From: Takakia lepidozioides
Lineage: Eukaryota; Plantae; Bryophyta
NCBI GenBank assembly: GCA_030704615.1
Contig: CM060732.1
Coordinates: 74,648,001-74,712,000, forward strand
DNA length: 64,000 nucleotides
Reading direction: 5' to 3'
Both the position numbers and the translations under genes were made by a program. Every line of letters begins with the position of its first letter. The first letter of the stretch is position 1. Of this stretch, positions 24,961 through 38,559 are shown one piece after another. Under the pieces are notes generated by a model. It made no database searches, was not told the origin of the DNA, and saw nothing but the letters and a program-made list of their open reading frames with translations.

Positions 24961-25411
24961 ATTAAGGTATCATCTTCCTGCACATTGAAACAAGTACCCA
25001 TGAAACCCATGAAATGGTCTGTAGTCTTGGCAGTAGCAAAAATAAGAAACCCAGCCAGCTTGAGAAATTATGACATTAATCTGATTGTAGCTATTGTAAA
25101 ACAACTGTTGAAGAGTGAAGAGGGAGGTGGTCTACACGTCCGCCCAACTTGTAAAAAGTTTAACTTTCGTTTAATGCGTACCGAAAGGCAATAGTCCTTG
25201 GCAGTGGGGGTCTAGAGACACCATAATTTACGCTTCCTTCCTTCCGGAGAGGCTGTCACGCACACATGCATATGTACGGGATCCCACTCTACTCCGAAAA
25301 GGCATGAGGGTAGTAGGTAGAGTCCTGTCCATTTTATGGAACAGGATAGCGACCGGCTCCAACCCAAGTATCCACCCAACACTGGTAATTTTTATTTTAT
25401 TTTAATTTTAA

Positions 25412-25525
25412 TTTTGTTGGCCCTGCCTTCCTAAGGCAGGACTACTTAAAGGGTTTCAGCTGCTTTAGCACCGATACTTTCGATTAGACTTCCAATTCGA
25501 TCGAGACAGTTGTCAAGAGTATATT
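25412..25525. repeat. Dispersed repeat end with hairpin, copy 2
   Basis: Aligns to 17097-17210; preceded by a T-rich tract. Confidence 0.75.
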
Positions 25526-25847
25526 CTGTTTTTTAATGAATGACATCTGTTCAATTGCCATAGATGAAAGTCCATCGGATATTACAGTGCGTGCCACCTG
25601 AGTGATTCAGGGCTCAAATCTTGTTACCTTGATATTTATTAATAGACTAATTATGTGATCTTCCAGATTTTTACTACCTATTCATAATTACTATGCGGCA
25701 CGGCTTGCATGAATTCCATGCATTTATTGTTTACAGAACCAGTGGATTGTAGCCCTGTAGAACATTATTAATTGGTAAGGAAAACATAACCTTACAAATC
25801 CCATGAAGGCTGAATAACAAGGTTCCACTCCGAACCAACATAAAATC

Positions 25848-26473
25848 CAGTGTTGTACGTATCTGGGTTTTGACCCCGGGTACCCAGTGGGTTAGGGTCC
25901 GGGTTACCTGGATCCGCACCCGGACCTGAGCCATCACCAAAAACCCCGGACCGGGTGCATATCCAGGTAGCCCGGCCCCTGACCCGCTGGAACCAGAGTT
26001 GTGCGGGTAGTGCCTTTCAAAGGAACCAGCCGGGTTAGGGTATTTTTCTAGAGCCTAGTCCGGGTTCGGATCCGGGTTTTTGAAATTTGGAAAATCCGGG
26101 TCCGGGTTCTGGTCCAGGTTTTTGAACACGGAGTCGGGTCCAGGCCCGTGTAGTTGCTGGAAAAAATTAACGGGTTCAAGGTTCAGATGGGGGTCCTATT
26201 TAATTAATAAATTTATTAGGAAAACGAGATTAATTAGAAATAATTTTTGTCTATCACAATTAAATAAATAAATATCAAAATATTATTTTTTAAAAACAGT
26301 TTCTACATATTTATATATATTTTATCTATTAAAATTAAAACCCGGACCCTGACCCGCTATACTGGCCCGCGGGCAGCGGAGTTTTTGGGGTTGGCACGGG
26401 TCCAGGTGCGGATCCGGGTAACGGGACCCTAACCCGCCAGGTACCCGGGGTCAAAACCCGGCCCGGACCACTG
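25848..26473. mobile_element. Non-autonomous hAT element (MITE) with long TIRs
   Basis: CAGTG...CACTG termini, ~95-bp imperfect inverted repeats (GGGTTTTGACCCCGGGTACC...GGATCCGCACC), 8-bp TSD ATAAAATC/GTAAAATC (7/8), many ACCCGG/CCGGGT subterminal motifs. Confidence 0.92.
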
Positions 26474-27118
26474 GTAAAATCCCTAAGTTATAAAACAATA
26501 GATTACTTCATTTCGTATGTTTTTTCATCTGAATTAAATTTCATTTAAAGATTTCTCTTAATCCAGAGTCTAATGGTGTACCATATATAAAGAGCTATTT
26601 TAATAAAGTGTTAAAGGGCTACCTCCCCTTTCTCCAACAAAAAAAAAAAGAGCTGAGACAAGGGCCAAATTCAAAAGCAAGGGATCTCGATTACTGTTTT
26701 CTCGTGAGGCTTGTTAGTGAGCTGCAGACAGCTGATCAGCAGACGAGCTTTCCTGTTACCCAGAGAGAGAGATCAGAGAGAGAGAGAGATGACTGCTGCC
26801 TAAGCCTGCGTAACTAAGAGCCACTTCACTACCATCTCTGCCCAAAGTGGCCAAGTCAAGCAGCTGTGTATGTGTACGTTGGACAGTGAACGTTGATCCG
26901 ATGATCTGTTCAGCTTGTCTGTTGTCAGATCTCCATTTCTTCCTCTTTTACTGAGGCGTACTCTAGAGTTCACGAGTATCCCATGCTCACGTAGCTGGAA
27001 ATGGGGGTCGGTTTGTCGAGCTCTGGTACCGAGTGGTCGGAGGCCGGAGCTCACACATTACATAAATGACCTTTATTTCCTAGCTGCAAATCCGAATTTT
27101 GTGGCCAGTGGCAACTAT

Positions 27119-28576
27119 ATGGAAGGGCGGCCTGGAGAGATGATGTCAGTGAACATTCCGGCGAAGTCAACAGAGAAGGAAGGTGAAGACAATTAACAAC
27201 TAGACATGATTTCATGCCTGTATCCTCTTTCTCTTATTACCATGCAGCATTGCAATTCTCAATGATCATATGGATGTACCGATGCTTCTAACGATACTTG
27301 TACTGAGGGTTTTCCAGCCATTAGTAGGGGGTTGGTAGAGATAGTTCTCCTCAGCCCCTTCAGTTCCCATTCCATGAATCCTGAAGCTAATCTCTCTGTT
27401 TCCACAACACGTTATTGCATATCTTGTACAGGCCAAGGAGCGGAGCAAGATAACCCACACAGCAAATTGAAAAGGCTATTAAATTCAAGCAGTAGTAAAC
27501 ACGAACAATGGCTAGGAGGGAGAACTGTGCTTCATTGGTTGGTGGTAGCCTTGAGTTCACTAGCGCTAGTAGTGGGAACGACTGCTGCCTCCCTTTTGGG
27601 CCGATTCTACTTCGTGGGAGGCGGTTCAAGGAAATGGCTGTATTCCTGCACTATGACAGCGGCATGGCCGCTGGGGGGAATTGTTCTTTCAGCACTCTAC
27701 TGGCGGGAAGGGATGTGGCCGGCGCACCTCAAAAATGTGAAGCTTATGGGGACCTATGCAGTCATCGGTTTCGTCTTTGCAGTCGATAATCTCTTCTACT
27801 CGTGGGGTATGTCATACTTGTCTGTGTCAACATCGGCACTTCTGAGTTCCAGTCATCTTGTCTTCAATGCAATTTTCGCATATATTCTGGTGGGTGAAAG
27901 GATCAACGCTTTTACTTATAACTCAATCATGATCATTACTTCAAGCGCCATTACTTTGGGTCTTGATTCGGCGTCGGACAACCCACCAGGAGTGTCCAAG
28001 ACACAGTATACAGTGGGCTTTGCGATGATGATCGCATCCTCGGCTGTCTACGGATTACTTCTTCCTTTGGAAGAGCTAGTTCTTCGCAAATTCCCGCAGG
28101 AGAACACCTCCCTACGACTGGCGCTCGAAATACAGACCATGATAGGATTCTTTGCTACGTTGTGGCTCGCCATTGGGATGTCTTTCACAGGTGACTTTCC
28201 AGCGATGCTACGAGAAGCGAAGGCATTTCACGGAGGGGAGGTAGTGTATTACGTGACCGTCGTCGGGGGCGCAGTGGGTTGGGAGCTTGCGCTGGTGGGT
28301 ACAATTGGCGTTATCTGTCTCATTTCGTCGCTGTATGCGGCGGTTCTCAATGCAGCTACAATCCCGCTCATCTCACTGTTGGCTGTCATTTTCTTCCACG
28401 ACAACTTCGGGGGCATCAAAGCTATGGCCATGGTGCTGGCCCTTTGGGCTTTTTTCTCCTACATCTATGGCGGCCATGTCACAACCAGGAAGCAGAACCA
28501 ACACACCTCGGATCATCCCCCTCCTCAGCGTGCTGCCGTCACACGGGATTCAAGTTTGCCTGCCATCTGCACTTGA
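27119..28576 (+). CDS. Purine permease (PUP) family transporter; exons 27119-27182 and 27432-28576
   Basis: Hydrophobic ~10-TM ORF with LLGRFYFVGGGSRKW, DNLFYSWGMSYLSVSTSALL, FNAIFAY, LAVIFFHDNF..KAMAMVLALWAFFSYIY; phase-1 GT-AG intron keeps frame. Confidence 0.92.
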
Positions 28577-31500
28577 AGCTCTGCCTGCCATCGCTTGAGC
28601 ATCACTACACTACGCTGTCATTCTACATTAACGTATATACTGCTAAATCACGAAGTGATGCAATATACTGGAATCTAATTTGAACTTGTACATGCATGAT
28701 CAGAACTTGCAAGCATGGAGGTCCTCACAAATTCAGCACCCATAAGACATGAACTTGTCTTATGGGTGATCTTGACCTGTCTTGGCACTTTTACCTTGGC
28801 TTCATAATGTTCAGGCTGAAGCGAGGGGGAAAAACATTGCATAGGAAAGGTCATTACTAGAAGCTCCTCGCATGCTTAAAATGTTTCATTGTAGGACAGG
28901 GGAAGTACTTTCCAATAGCATAACTTCACAGTTGAGCAATGCTCATTTGATGTAACACAAATAGGCACTTCAAATAGACACTCTATCACCTTGCATGGTC
29001 ATTGATATTTGCCATAAAGAAAAAAAGGTTCTTCAAGAGATACCGTTCACTTCAAGCCTCAATCACAAGCAGCTGCTGCTTTGTGACTATGATTCGCAGG
29101 GTGCACTTTAGCTCCCACACACACGTTGGAACTTTTTACCCCCCCTCTATATCTTCTGTTCAACATTGCTAAAGTCGATGTAAATTGCGCACTGTCGGAG
29201 TACAAATTCAGAATGGTTCTGCCCACCTGAGCAAAATTCTCCTCTCACTCCACTGCTGGAGGATAAGAAGAGTCAATGGATTTTTTCTCTCCAGGACGCC
29301 TGCCTCCTAGTTGCTTTCTTCCTCCTCGGAGGGTTTTTGGTTCTATGCTTCATCCTACGGGGGAAAAAACCACTTTGTCCAGGACGGATGCGATTGAATG
29401 CGCAAGAACCTTGCAGGACACAGGGCGATTATCATGAGTATATTTGTACAAGACTGGGAGATCACCTGGGAGACACCTCTGTGGGCCTTCCCCTGACCTA
29501 CAGGTCTTATCCATAGTTCTTATCTCTGACTCTGGTTTCCTGTTTTCTCTGGTCTCCCTTCTCTCTCGTTTCTCTCTCGCGCGCGCGCGGCAGCACGTCG
29601 GCGCTGCGTTCACGGGCGTTGGCGCGCTAGCGCCATCTCCACCACACCATGACGTCCAAACGCCAAAGGACGGCTGCCGACGAGGTAGACTACCCGTCTC
29701 CCTCACGTCGACCTGATTCCCCTTTGCTTCTTCTTCTTGCCCCTGTCTCTCATCAAGCCTCTCTTTTGCGTCAGTACTCTATAAGGAGTGCTGATGTTCA
29801 AACGCTTCGGGACCAAATCTCCATCTTACAAACGAAATGCATCTCGGAGGAGACTATGCAGCAAGTGCTCGTTGCCCGTGACAATGACTCGGAGGAGCGG
29901 TTGGCTTCCCTAGACAAAGACTGGGAGATGCGGATGGCTTCCCTTAACAAAAATTGGGAAAAACGCATGGATTCCTTGGACAAAGATTGGCAGAAGTGCA
30001 TGACAGACAGATACACAAACTTGGAGAACAATATGCGAGTTCAGGACAGCGTATTGCGGGCCTCTCTTCAGGAGTGCACTAGCAAACTTCAAGGTCTGGC
30101 GAAACATCTCAATGACAAATCCACACATACGCGTCTTTCAAAACTTGAAGGCGAAGTGAAGACCTTTATAGAGAAGAGCCTCCCAGATCCCCTCACAACA
30201 AGCATCCACCTGCAGGTGGAATCCCTTAGTAAAGAGCTGGAAACACACAGAACTGCGACGTCTACAATGGCTCGGGAGCTCCAAGCTCACAAGACAGAGG
30301 CCTCCTCCTGGGCTAATATAGTTAAGGGGAGCACATCCAACAACAGTCCTCACTCTCTGGAGGAGACAGTCTCGGCTACCTTGCGAGAGGAACATCAATG
30401 GGCTTTCAAAGCCCAACATCAGGGTCACTGGGAAGCTAGGGGGCCTTGCTGAGGGGGACTCTCTTGACGCTGCCACCAGCCTTATTCAGCAAAACCTTGC
30501 TCTCCCACGGGGCGCGAGTGGCATTGAAAGGGCTTGGCGTGCAGGATCTTCAGAGCACAAAGTCCTCTTCATTAGATTCAAGGACAAGGGTGCTCGGGAT
30601 AGAGTCCTCAGGCAGAGGCCTCAATTGAGAGGTCAGGGTATGTACCTCAACGATGACTTGACCCCTTTGCAATACAACGCCATGCGGGCGCAACTCTTGC
30701 AGGTTAAGCAAGCTCGAGCTCAAGGGCACTATGCCGTGTACCGAGATGGGAGGGTAATTGTCCGGGAGCACGAACGTCGCCCCTCTAGCTCTAAATAGGG
30801 GTTGGGGCACCATGAGACCAACGCACGCTCACATCTACACATTGGCTCATGGAACTGTAATGGCTCGTTGTGGAGCCACCCTCAAGGGCTTCTAGATATT
30901 CTTTCCAAGTGTGATGTTCTTTTTCTTTTGGAAACTCATGCGTATGAAGGAAAGGACCCCCCTTTTATTCTCGGGTATAGCTTTCAGTCAGTGATTCGTC
31001 CACGTATAGGTCTCAAAAGATTTGGAGGTGTGGCTTGTTACTTTGCTGACTGGCTTCTCCCACTTATCTCCTTCCCATACAAAGACCCACTGGCAAGGTA
31101 CATTTGGTGTCACATCAAAGGCTACAACATCCTGCTGGCGGGATGTTATTTTGCTCCGGCCGCATCTCCGCACAGCGGCCTACATATTCGAACAGATTCA
31201 CCATATGTTTCATTGGAAGACAATATGGCCCGTCTCCGTACCCCACAAACGGACATTTTCTTGGTTGGAGATTTCAACGCCCGTACAGGATCACTACAGG
31301 CCCCCACCTTCGACCACACAGATCCTCTACACATCCAACGCTCGCATACGGAATTGGAGAGGCAAAGTGCAGATTCCTCTTGCGAAATCACAAGTTACGG
31401 TCACCATCTACTCAAGTTTTGTGAAACTCAGGGGCTGTCCATTTACAATGGAACAACCAACTTCAAATCCTCCAGCCACTTCACTTGCCACACGTACAAG

Positions 31501-32216
31501 GGCCAAAGCGTGGTTGACTATCTCTTGGGGAGCCCCAACAAGCCTGATAGAATAAGCTCCTTTTACATCACGAGGTACCCGGATTCTGATCACTCTTGCC
31601 TTTCCTTTGCATTTCCTTCCATCTCCCTCCCCGTGAGGATCCCCTCTGCGTCTCTTCCCTTACACCCACGTATCCACTTTAATACCCATTTCTCTCATTT
31701 ACATGATGCCGAGTATGAAACATACCTAGCGTCAACCCTCCCTTCCATTCTATATCTATCATCTCCTAACGACAAGGCTACACATCTTACTCAAGCCCTT
31801 TGGGACTCAGCCCTGCGATCCTTTCCCGTCACCCTTCCATCTACCTCCTCACCCTTCTCCACTCGTCGTTACGCACCATTTTATGATGAGGAATGCAAGA
31901 CTGCTAGACGTCGCATCAAATTTTTACTACTTGATACCAATTCTTCTCCAGAGTCCACTAATCTTGCTCTTAAGCACTATAAGTCCCTCATTAGATCCAA
32001 AAAGCAAGCCTACACTATCAAGTTGCAATCTTCTTTCCTTGCTAAAATCAGATTTTCTCCTCGATCTTTTTGGTCCCTCCTTAAACCTCATAGAGATCCC
32101 CCCCCAATCACTGACATTCATGTCTGACATGAGTATGCACAGTCTTTATACCATTCCCCAACCCAAACTCCTTCTCCTATAACCTCGAAACCCCTTCACT
32201 TCTCTCTCTTTACTAC

Positions 32217-32523
32217 TGTTGGAAGTAATTAAATATATCTAGAAGACTAAGAGTCTTGAAGGCCAAAGATTTAGAAGTCTATGAGACTATCTTGTTTAAC
32301 TCACCTTTGGAAGGTGAATGGCTAGAAGGTGGATGGTCACCATAGTGGAAGTGGAAGTGACCAAGTAGGACTTTCTAGATACCTTCTTGTATAAGCTCGG
32401 GGGTGAAGCCACTAGTCTAAGTGTAAGAGTATGATGGTGGCTTCTATGGTTGGGAGGAGAGCCTTAGTTTTAGCTTTAGTCTAAGACTTTAGTTCTTGTT
32501 CATGTTCTCGCTCAATTCTAACA
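32217..32523 (+). repeat. Copia 5' LTR (307 bp)
   Basis: TGTTGGAA...TTCTAACA termini; its first ~34 bp recur inverted at ~35729-35762 next to an inverted PPT. Confidence 0.92.
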
Positions 32524-32536
32524 TGGTATCAGAGCC
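32524..32536 (+). promoter_or_regulatory. Primer-binding site for initiator Met tRNA
   Basis: TGGTATCAGAGCC immediately after the LTR. Confidence 0.95.
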
Positions 32537-35500
32537 ATTCTTCTCTAGGTGAGAGTTGGTAGTTGAGATTGAGAGAACTTGATTATGGCTGGAGCGTCGT
32601 CTTCTAGCAATCCTCCTTCTATGTCTATGATGAGTGCATTAGATGTGAGAGTGGAAGATCGATTCAATGGAGCTAACTATCAAACCTGGAAGTTTAGGAT
32701 GGAGATGGTCCTTCTAGACAAAGATCTATGGGGAGTGGTTGATGGATCAGTCCCAAGACCTGACACTATTGTTGGCCAAGCCATATGGGATAGGAAAGAT
32801 CAGAAAGCAAGAGCTAGCATCATCACAAGCTTGAGAGACAATCAATTGCATCTCATTATAAGTGCTAAGAATGCTAAGGATATTTGGGACAAACTAGCAA
32901 GCATATATGAGACGAAGGATGTCACATCGCAAGTGTATGCGACGCAAAAGTTCTATGGTCTGAAGATGACCGAGTCAGACTCAGTTGAACAACACTTGAA
33001 TTTGTTTTGTGTCTTGCGAGATCAACTAGTCTTTGTGGGAACTAATGTGACTGATGAACACGCCGCAGTGGTGTTATTGGCAATCTTACCTGAATCCTAT
33101 GATGGTTTTGTGGTGTCTCTAGCAGGACAAACCAACTTAACTATTGATGTTGTCATAGGACTTCTCCTCAAGGAGGAAACAAGAAGAAAATGTCAAGGTA
33201 CGTCTACAGAGGTAGACAGAGCTTTGTTCACAGGCAAGACTGGAGTAGTCTTGAATAGAAGACTCCCTTCACATATGTCTCAGAAGTCCCAGAGGTTTCA
33301 GAAACCTCAATCTAGCTCAAAGATAAAAAAGGCCAAAGTGAGGTGCTTTTATTGCAAGAAACTTGGTCACATGATTAAGGATTGTAGAAAGCGCATTGCA
33401 GATGAGCGCATCAGAGAGAGTCAAGGAAACATAGCTACTCATCAGAGGAATGTTATTCTATTTGTTGTATCTCTCTCAGCCACTACTAGACAGAAGCATG
33501 TGTGGTATGTTGATTCAGGAGCATCTCAACATATGAGTTCAGAGAGAGAGCATTTCTTATCCTATAGATCTCTTTCACCTACACAATATGTTCTTTTGGG
33601 AGATGATAGCAAGCATGTTATTGGTGAGGAAGGCTCAGTCTCTCTTATGCTCAATGAAGGGGAAACCATAGAGGTGGAAAATGTCCTACATGTCTCTACT
33701 TGAACAAAGAACCTGCTGTCTGTAAGGCAAATTGTTGCAAAGGGATACAGAATGGTATTCCAAGATAAGAGTTGTACTATCACAGATAGCTCAGGAGCTG
33801 TTGTAGCAAGAGCTATTCTTGATAATTGCTTGTATAGATTACAACATCATGTCTCTAGTGCTCTTACCACATTTTCACCACAGTTGGGATCTACACCTGT
33901 CATGTCAGAAACAGAGTTGTGGCATAGAAAGTTAGGTCATATGAGCATTAAGAAGTTGAGACAGATGCAACTCTTAAGTCATCTTGTGGAAGGACTACCA
34001 TTGAAGGAGATGAGCGATATGCGTCTATGCAAAGGTTGCTTGGAAGGGAAGCAACATCGAGGTCAATTTCCTAAGGATGGTGGACGAAGAGCCACAAGTA
34101 TATTGGAGATTGTACATTATGATGTGTGCGGGCCAATGCAAACCACATCACTTGGAGGAGCTAGGTACTTTGTGACATTCATTGATGATTTGTCAATGAG
34201 GGTTGTGGTGAATTTCCTAAGGCAGAAAAGTCAAGTGCTAGAGAAATTCAAAGAGTTCAAAGTACTTGCAGAAAAACAAACTGGAAAGCCTCTTAAAATT
34301 TTGAGATCTGACAACGGTGGTGAGTACATCTCAAAGGCTTTCAATCAGTTTTGTCAAGAGAATGGATAGCTCGACAGTTCACTGTTCCATATACATCTGA
34401 GCAGAATGGTGTAGCTGAGCGGATGAATAGATCACTACAAGAATCTGCAAGGAGTATGTTGAAAGAAGTGAATCTTTCAAATCATTTTTGGGCAGAAGCT
34501 GTTGGTACTGCAACATATCTTCACAACAGAATACCTACCAAATCAGTGTTGGGAAAAACACTAGAAGAGGTATGGAGTGGTCAGAAGCCTAGTGTGGCTC
34601 ATTGTAGGATTTTTGGATGTCGTGCATATGTCCATATCCCTACTCAGAAGCGAAGGAAACTTGACGCCAAATCAGAAGGATGCATCTTCATTGGCTACAC
34701 AGAAGGTGTGAAGGGATATAAGTTGTTCAATAAGACAACTAAGGCTGTCAAACACAGTAGGGACGTAGTGTTTGATGAAGGCTTCATAACCTCTTTGGTA
34801 GTGGGAGAAAATGACATGGGAATGAGCTTAGAGCCATTACACCATTTCCAAGAGGAGTCTTATGAGGAGCCAATACAAGAGATGGCTGAAGCAAATGATG
34901 GAGGTGTTCAACTTGATGGAGTTGATCAATGAGTCGAAGTTGGTGAACCACTTGTTGATATGGACTCTAGAGATGAAGTTGAAGATGTGCCAATTCTAAG
35001 GAGATCTCATCGGGAAATGAAAGCTCCTAGTAGGCTGATTACATCTATGAGTGCCATTGAAGAAGCATCACAAGTGGTTGAGCCTACTACATATGAGGAA
35101 GCGATGCGCTCTCCAGACAAACTACAATGGGAAGAAGCAATCAACTCAGAGTTGGATTCATTGATGCAAAACAAAGCATGGACACTCACTAGGTTGCCTG
35201 CAGGACGAAGAGCCATTGGTTGCAAGTGGATCTTCAAGTTGAAGTACAAAGCTGATGGATCTATTTACCGGTACAAAGCTCGTCTTGTAGCTAAAGGCTA
35301 TGCACAAATTCAAGGAGTGGATTACAATGAAACCTTCTCACCAGTGGTGAAGATTTCTTCTATCAGAGAAATGCGGTCTTAACATCCATTTGATGAACTT
35401 CGTGATTATGTTGAGCTGCAATCATTGTCATCAACGATCATCAAAGGTTGTTGCCAGAAACCAAAGCACTGTTGAGTGCTGAGTTTGTCATGACTGACAT

Positions 35501-38500
35501 GGGTGAGATTCGGTTCTGTCTTGGTATTCAAATCAGCAGAGATCGAGTGAACCATACAGTATTCATGCATCAACGACAATACATTGAGACAATTCTACAA
35601 AGGTTTAAGTTGGAGATGAGTAAGCCAACATCAACTCCTCTCGAAGTTGGATTGAAACTTACGAAAGATATGGCACCTAAGACTCAAGAAGAGCAAGAGG
35701 ATATGAGGAAAACTCTTTATCAAAACTATTAGTCTTCTAGATATGTTTAATTACTTCCAACACTCCCACTCAATTAAACCATATCATTGAGCTATTTCGT
35801 TTGTCTTTGGAGAAGAGACACCAAGTAAGGCTGAACACTTCATGTGTTTTGTTTGTGGTAGACTCTTCGTCAAAACATCCGCAATCATATCTCCTGTAGC
35901 ACAATAGATCATCTTGATCTCTTCCTTGCATACAACTTCCCGTATGTAGTGATATTGCACTTCAATGTACTTCGTCCTTGAATGATACTTCGGATTCTGA
36001 CTTAGTGCAATCGCACTTTGATTGTCACAATAGAGAGTCGTAGGCAGTGATTGAAGATGATCCAAAAAATCTCCAAGCAACTTCCGTAACCAAATAGCCT
36101 CATTTGCTGCTTGTGTAATGGACATGTACTCAGCTTCTGTTGATGACAACGCTGTTGTAACTTGTCGTTTGCTAGACCAAGATACAGCTCCACCTGCTAG
36201 GAGAAAACAATGGTCTGAAGTTGATTTTCTACTATCAATGTCTCCTGCCCAGTCAGCATCAGCAAACCCCAACAAACTAGGATCTTCCACTCTCTTGTAG
36301 AGTAGAATAGAGGTTGATGTTCCTCTTAGATATCGAAATATCCTCTTCACTGCTTTCCAATGGGTTTGTCCGGGATTTGAAAGAAATTGTGAGACCATTC
36401 CCACTGAATGTGCAATGTTTGGCCTAGTACAAACCATGTAATACATCAAACTGCCATCAAGCATGCTACACCTACTTTAGCCGCTTTTATAGCTAACCTC
36501 TTCAATGAGGTGGTGCAACGGGGCTTTCCAACAGAGTGGACAAAGAGCATCACCCACCCACTTTTTAAGAGCGGTGACAGGCTCGCACCGACAAACTATC
36601 GTACTATCATGGTGTCCTCATTACTTGCTAAACTGTTTGGGGCAGTAGTGGCCATGGAACTGGATGATTGGGCTGAGTACTCTCGCATTCGTGCTGAGGG
36701 ATAGGCTGGTTTCCGTCAAAACCGATCCACTATTGACCACATCTTCACTCTTCAAGTTATGGTGGAAAGAGCACGCTATAACAAAAGAATGGTCTATGTT
36801 TGCTTCGTGGACTTTCACAAAGCCTTTGATTCAGTTCCTCGGGACCTTCTCTTCCAACGGCTTCATGGAGTGGAAGTCCCTCCAGACATCCTTTGTGCCA
36901 TCTCTTCTATGTATGAGATTGTCACTGGCATGGTCAACGTCGCTGGTGAATTCTCAGCCGAGATCCACAGCAATATTGGAGTCAAACAGGGCTACCCCCT
37001 TTCACCTACCCTGTTCGGGATCTACATTGACGCTTTGGAGAATTACATATCAAAAAACCATGGGGTTGGGGTCCCATTGGATGGGGGACCAACCCAATCA
37101 GATCTCCTCTATGCCGATGATGTTGCCTTTTTGGCACAATCCCCGGTCTTTCTGCAACGCCATCTCAAAATTTTGGAACAGTTCTGCAAAGACTATGGGA
37201 TGCAGGTCAATCTTAGCAAGACCAAGATCATGGTCTTCAATGGCCAAGCTGATCGTAGATTCATCTTCAACCAGCAGGAAATTGAGATTGTGAAATCATA
37301 CTGGTACCTAGGTCTGGTTATCAACTCCCCCAAGTTTCACTTTGCAGCCACTGCCTTGGACAGGTTGACTAAAGGTAAGGCGGCCTCCGTCCGCCTTCAG
37401 GCCAAATGCAAGCAAATACATCTGCGGCATCCCCCGACCAAAAAATGGCTGTTTGACACCGTCGTCAACCTTGCTACCATCTATGGTTGTGAGTTCTGGG
37501 CACCTGGTGTCCCTATCTCCTGGTGGGAAAAGAATTTGGAACCATTACAATAATCTTTTCTCCAAGCAATGCTTGGCGCCAGGAGCACAACTCCATCTCA
37601 GATCCTAGGTGCAGAGTTCGCATGTGTACCATTGCAATCCGAGGCCCTCTTCAGGCTTACAATCTTTCTCCATAGATTGCAGGCCCTTCCACCCAAAGGG
37701 CTAGTGACAAGGGCCCTCACAACATCTATGAGGCTCAAAGCTGCAGGTTTCAGGAACTCCTAGTATGATCGAGTGGACAGTTTATTTCAACGTAACGGAC
37801 TTTCTACTGCTTTCCTATTACCAATGAACCTAGATGAGATGGACATCACATCCAGACATGACCGCAACAGACTCATTCGGAGAGAGCTTATGGAATTACA
37901 TGTCAAGAGAACTTGGATGCTACCCAATCTCACGACAAAGCTCCACTTCTATCGAGAGACATTCTTGGTGCTCCGCGATGATAGAATCTTGAGACCAAAT
38001 TACCTTTCAGCACCCTTATCTCCTTCCCTCTTGAGGGCATTGGGGCGGTTCAGGGTGGGTTCCCACAACCTACGGATAGAGACTGGCAGATGGGAAAACC
38101 TGCAACGGGAGGACCGCCTATGTCCAGCTTGCATAGGGCGCAGCAAGGAAATTGAAACTGAAGAACACTTCTTCTTCTACTGCCCTCTATACTACAAGAT
38201 CCGTGGGAGATTTCACTGTTTATTCAGTGGAACCCAAACTCTCACTGATGTCTTTCACTATGAGGATCAAAAATGCATGGCAGCCTACCTACACGAGGCA
38301 CCTTCACCCTTAGACAATCGCTAGAACATTAATTGTCGTTTCTGGATTTGTTCCTCTCTCATGTTTTCTTCCATTTTGTCCCATAAGCTCTACGAGCTTT
38401 CCGCGGACGTTATAAAGCACCATTTCATTTCACTTCATTTCTCTTAAACGTGGATCTCATCGGTGAAGACCGAGATAGTTTGCTGTAAGATTAGTTCAGG

Positions 38501-38559
38501 CTTAATCTCCAAACTGTAGAGGTTACCAGCTTTAATCCTACAAAAAGCTCTGCTGTTGA

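Larger units (their letters stand above)
32217..36457 (+). mobile_element. Ty1/Copia LTR retrotransposon nested in LINE ORF2, rearranged
   Basis: 5' LTR TGTT...AACA 32217-32523; PBS; gag with CCHC zinc knuckle, protease DSGAS, GAG-pre-integrase, integrase SDNGGEY/QNGVAER, RT, RNase H (on the minus strand, 35784-36457). Confidence 0.96.
29649..38440 (+). mobile_element. Two-ORF non-LTR retrotransposon (LINE; RTE-X/L2-CR1-like), interrupted by Copia
   Basis: ORF1 29649-~30797 (coiled coil, C-terminal YLNDDLTPLQ, frameshifted); ORF2 APE endonuclease SWNCNG, LLETH, GDFNAR, VDY, SDH (30802-~32216); RT NYRTI, FVDFHKAFD, GVKQGYPLSP, YADD (36458-37553); C-terminal LRIETGRW..C..C..ETEEH...C; 3' tail of CATTT repeats at 38421-38440; 5' end and TSD not found. 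Confidence 0.92.

Noticed and set aside
25340-25385. CAACACTG resembling a second hAT terminus
   Set aside because: No matching opposite end or TSD found
25880-26045. GGGTTAGGG vertebrate-telomere-like motifs
   Set aside because: Isolated motifs that are part of the hAT MITE subterminal repeats
29200-29648. Possible LINE 5' UTR with a self-cleaving ribozyme
   Set aside because: I could not fold a convincing HDV or hammerhead structure by eye, and the LINE 5' boundary is undefined
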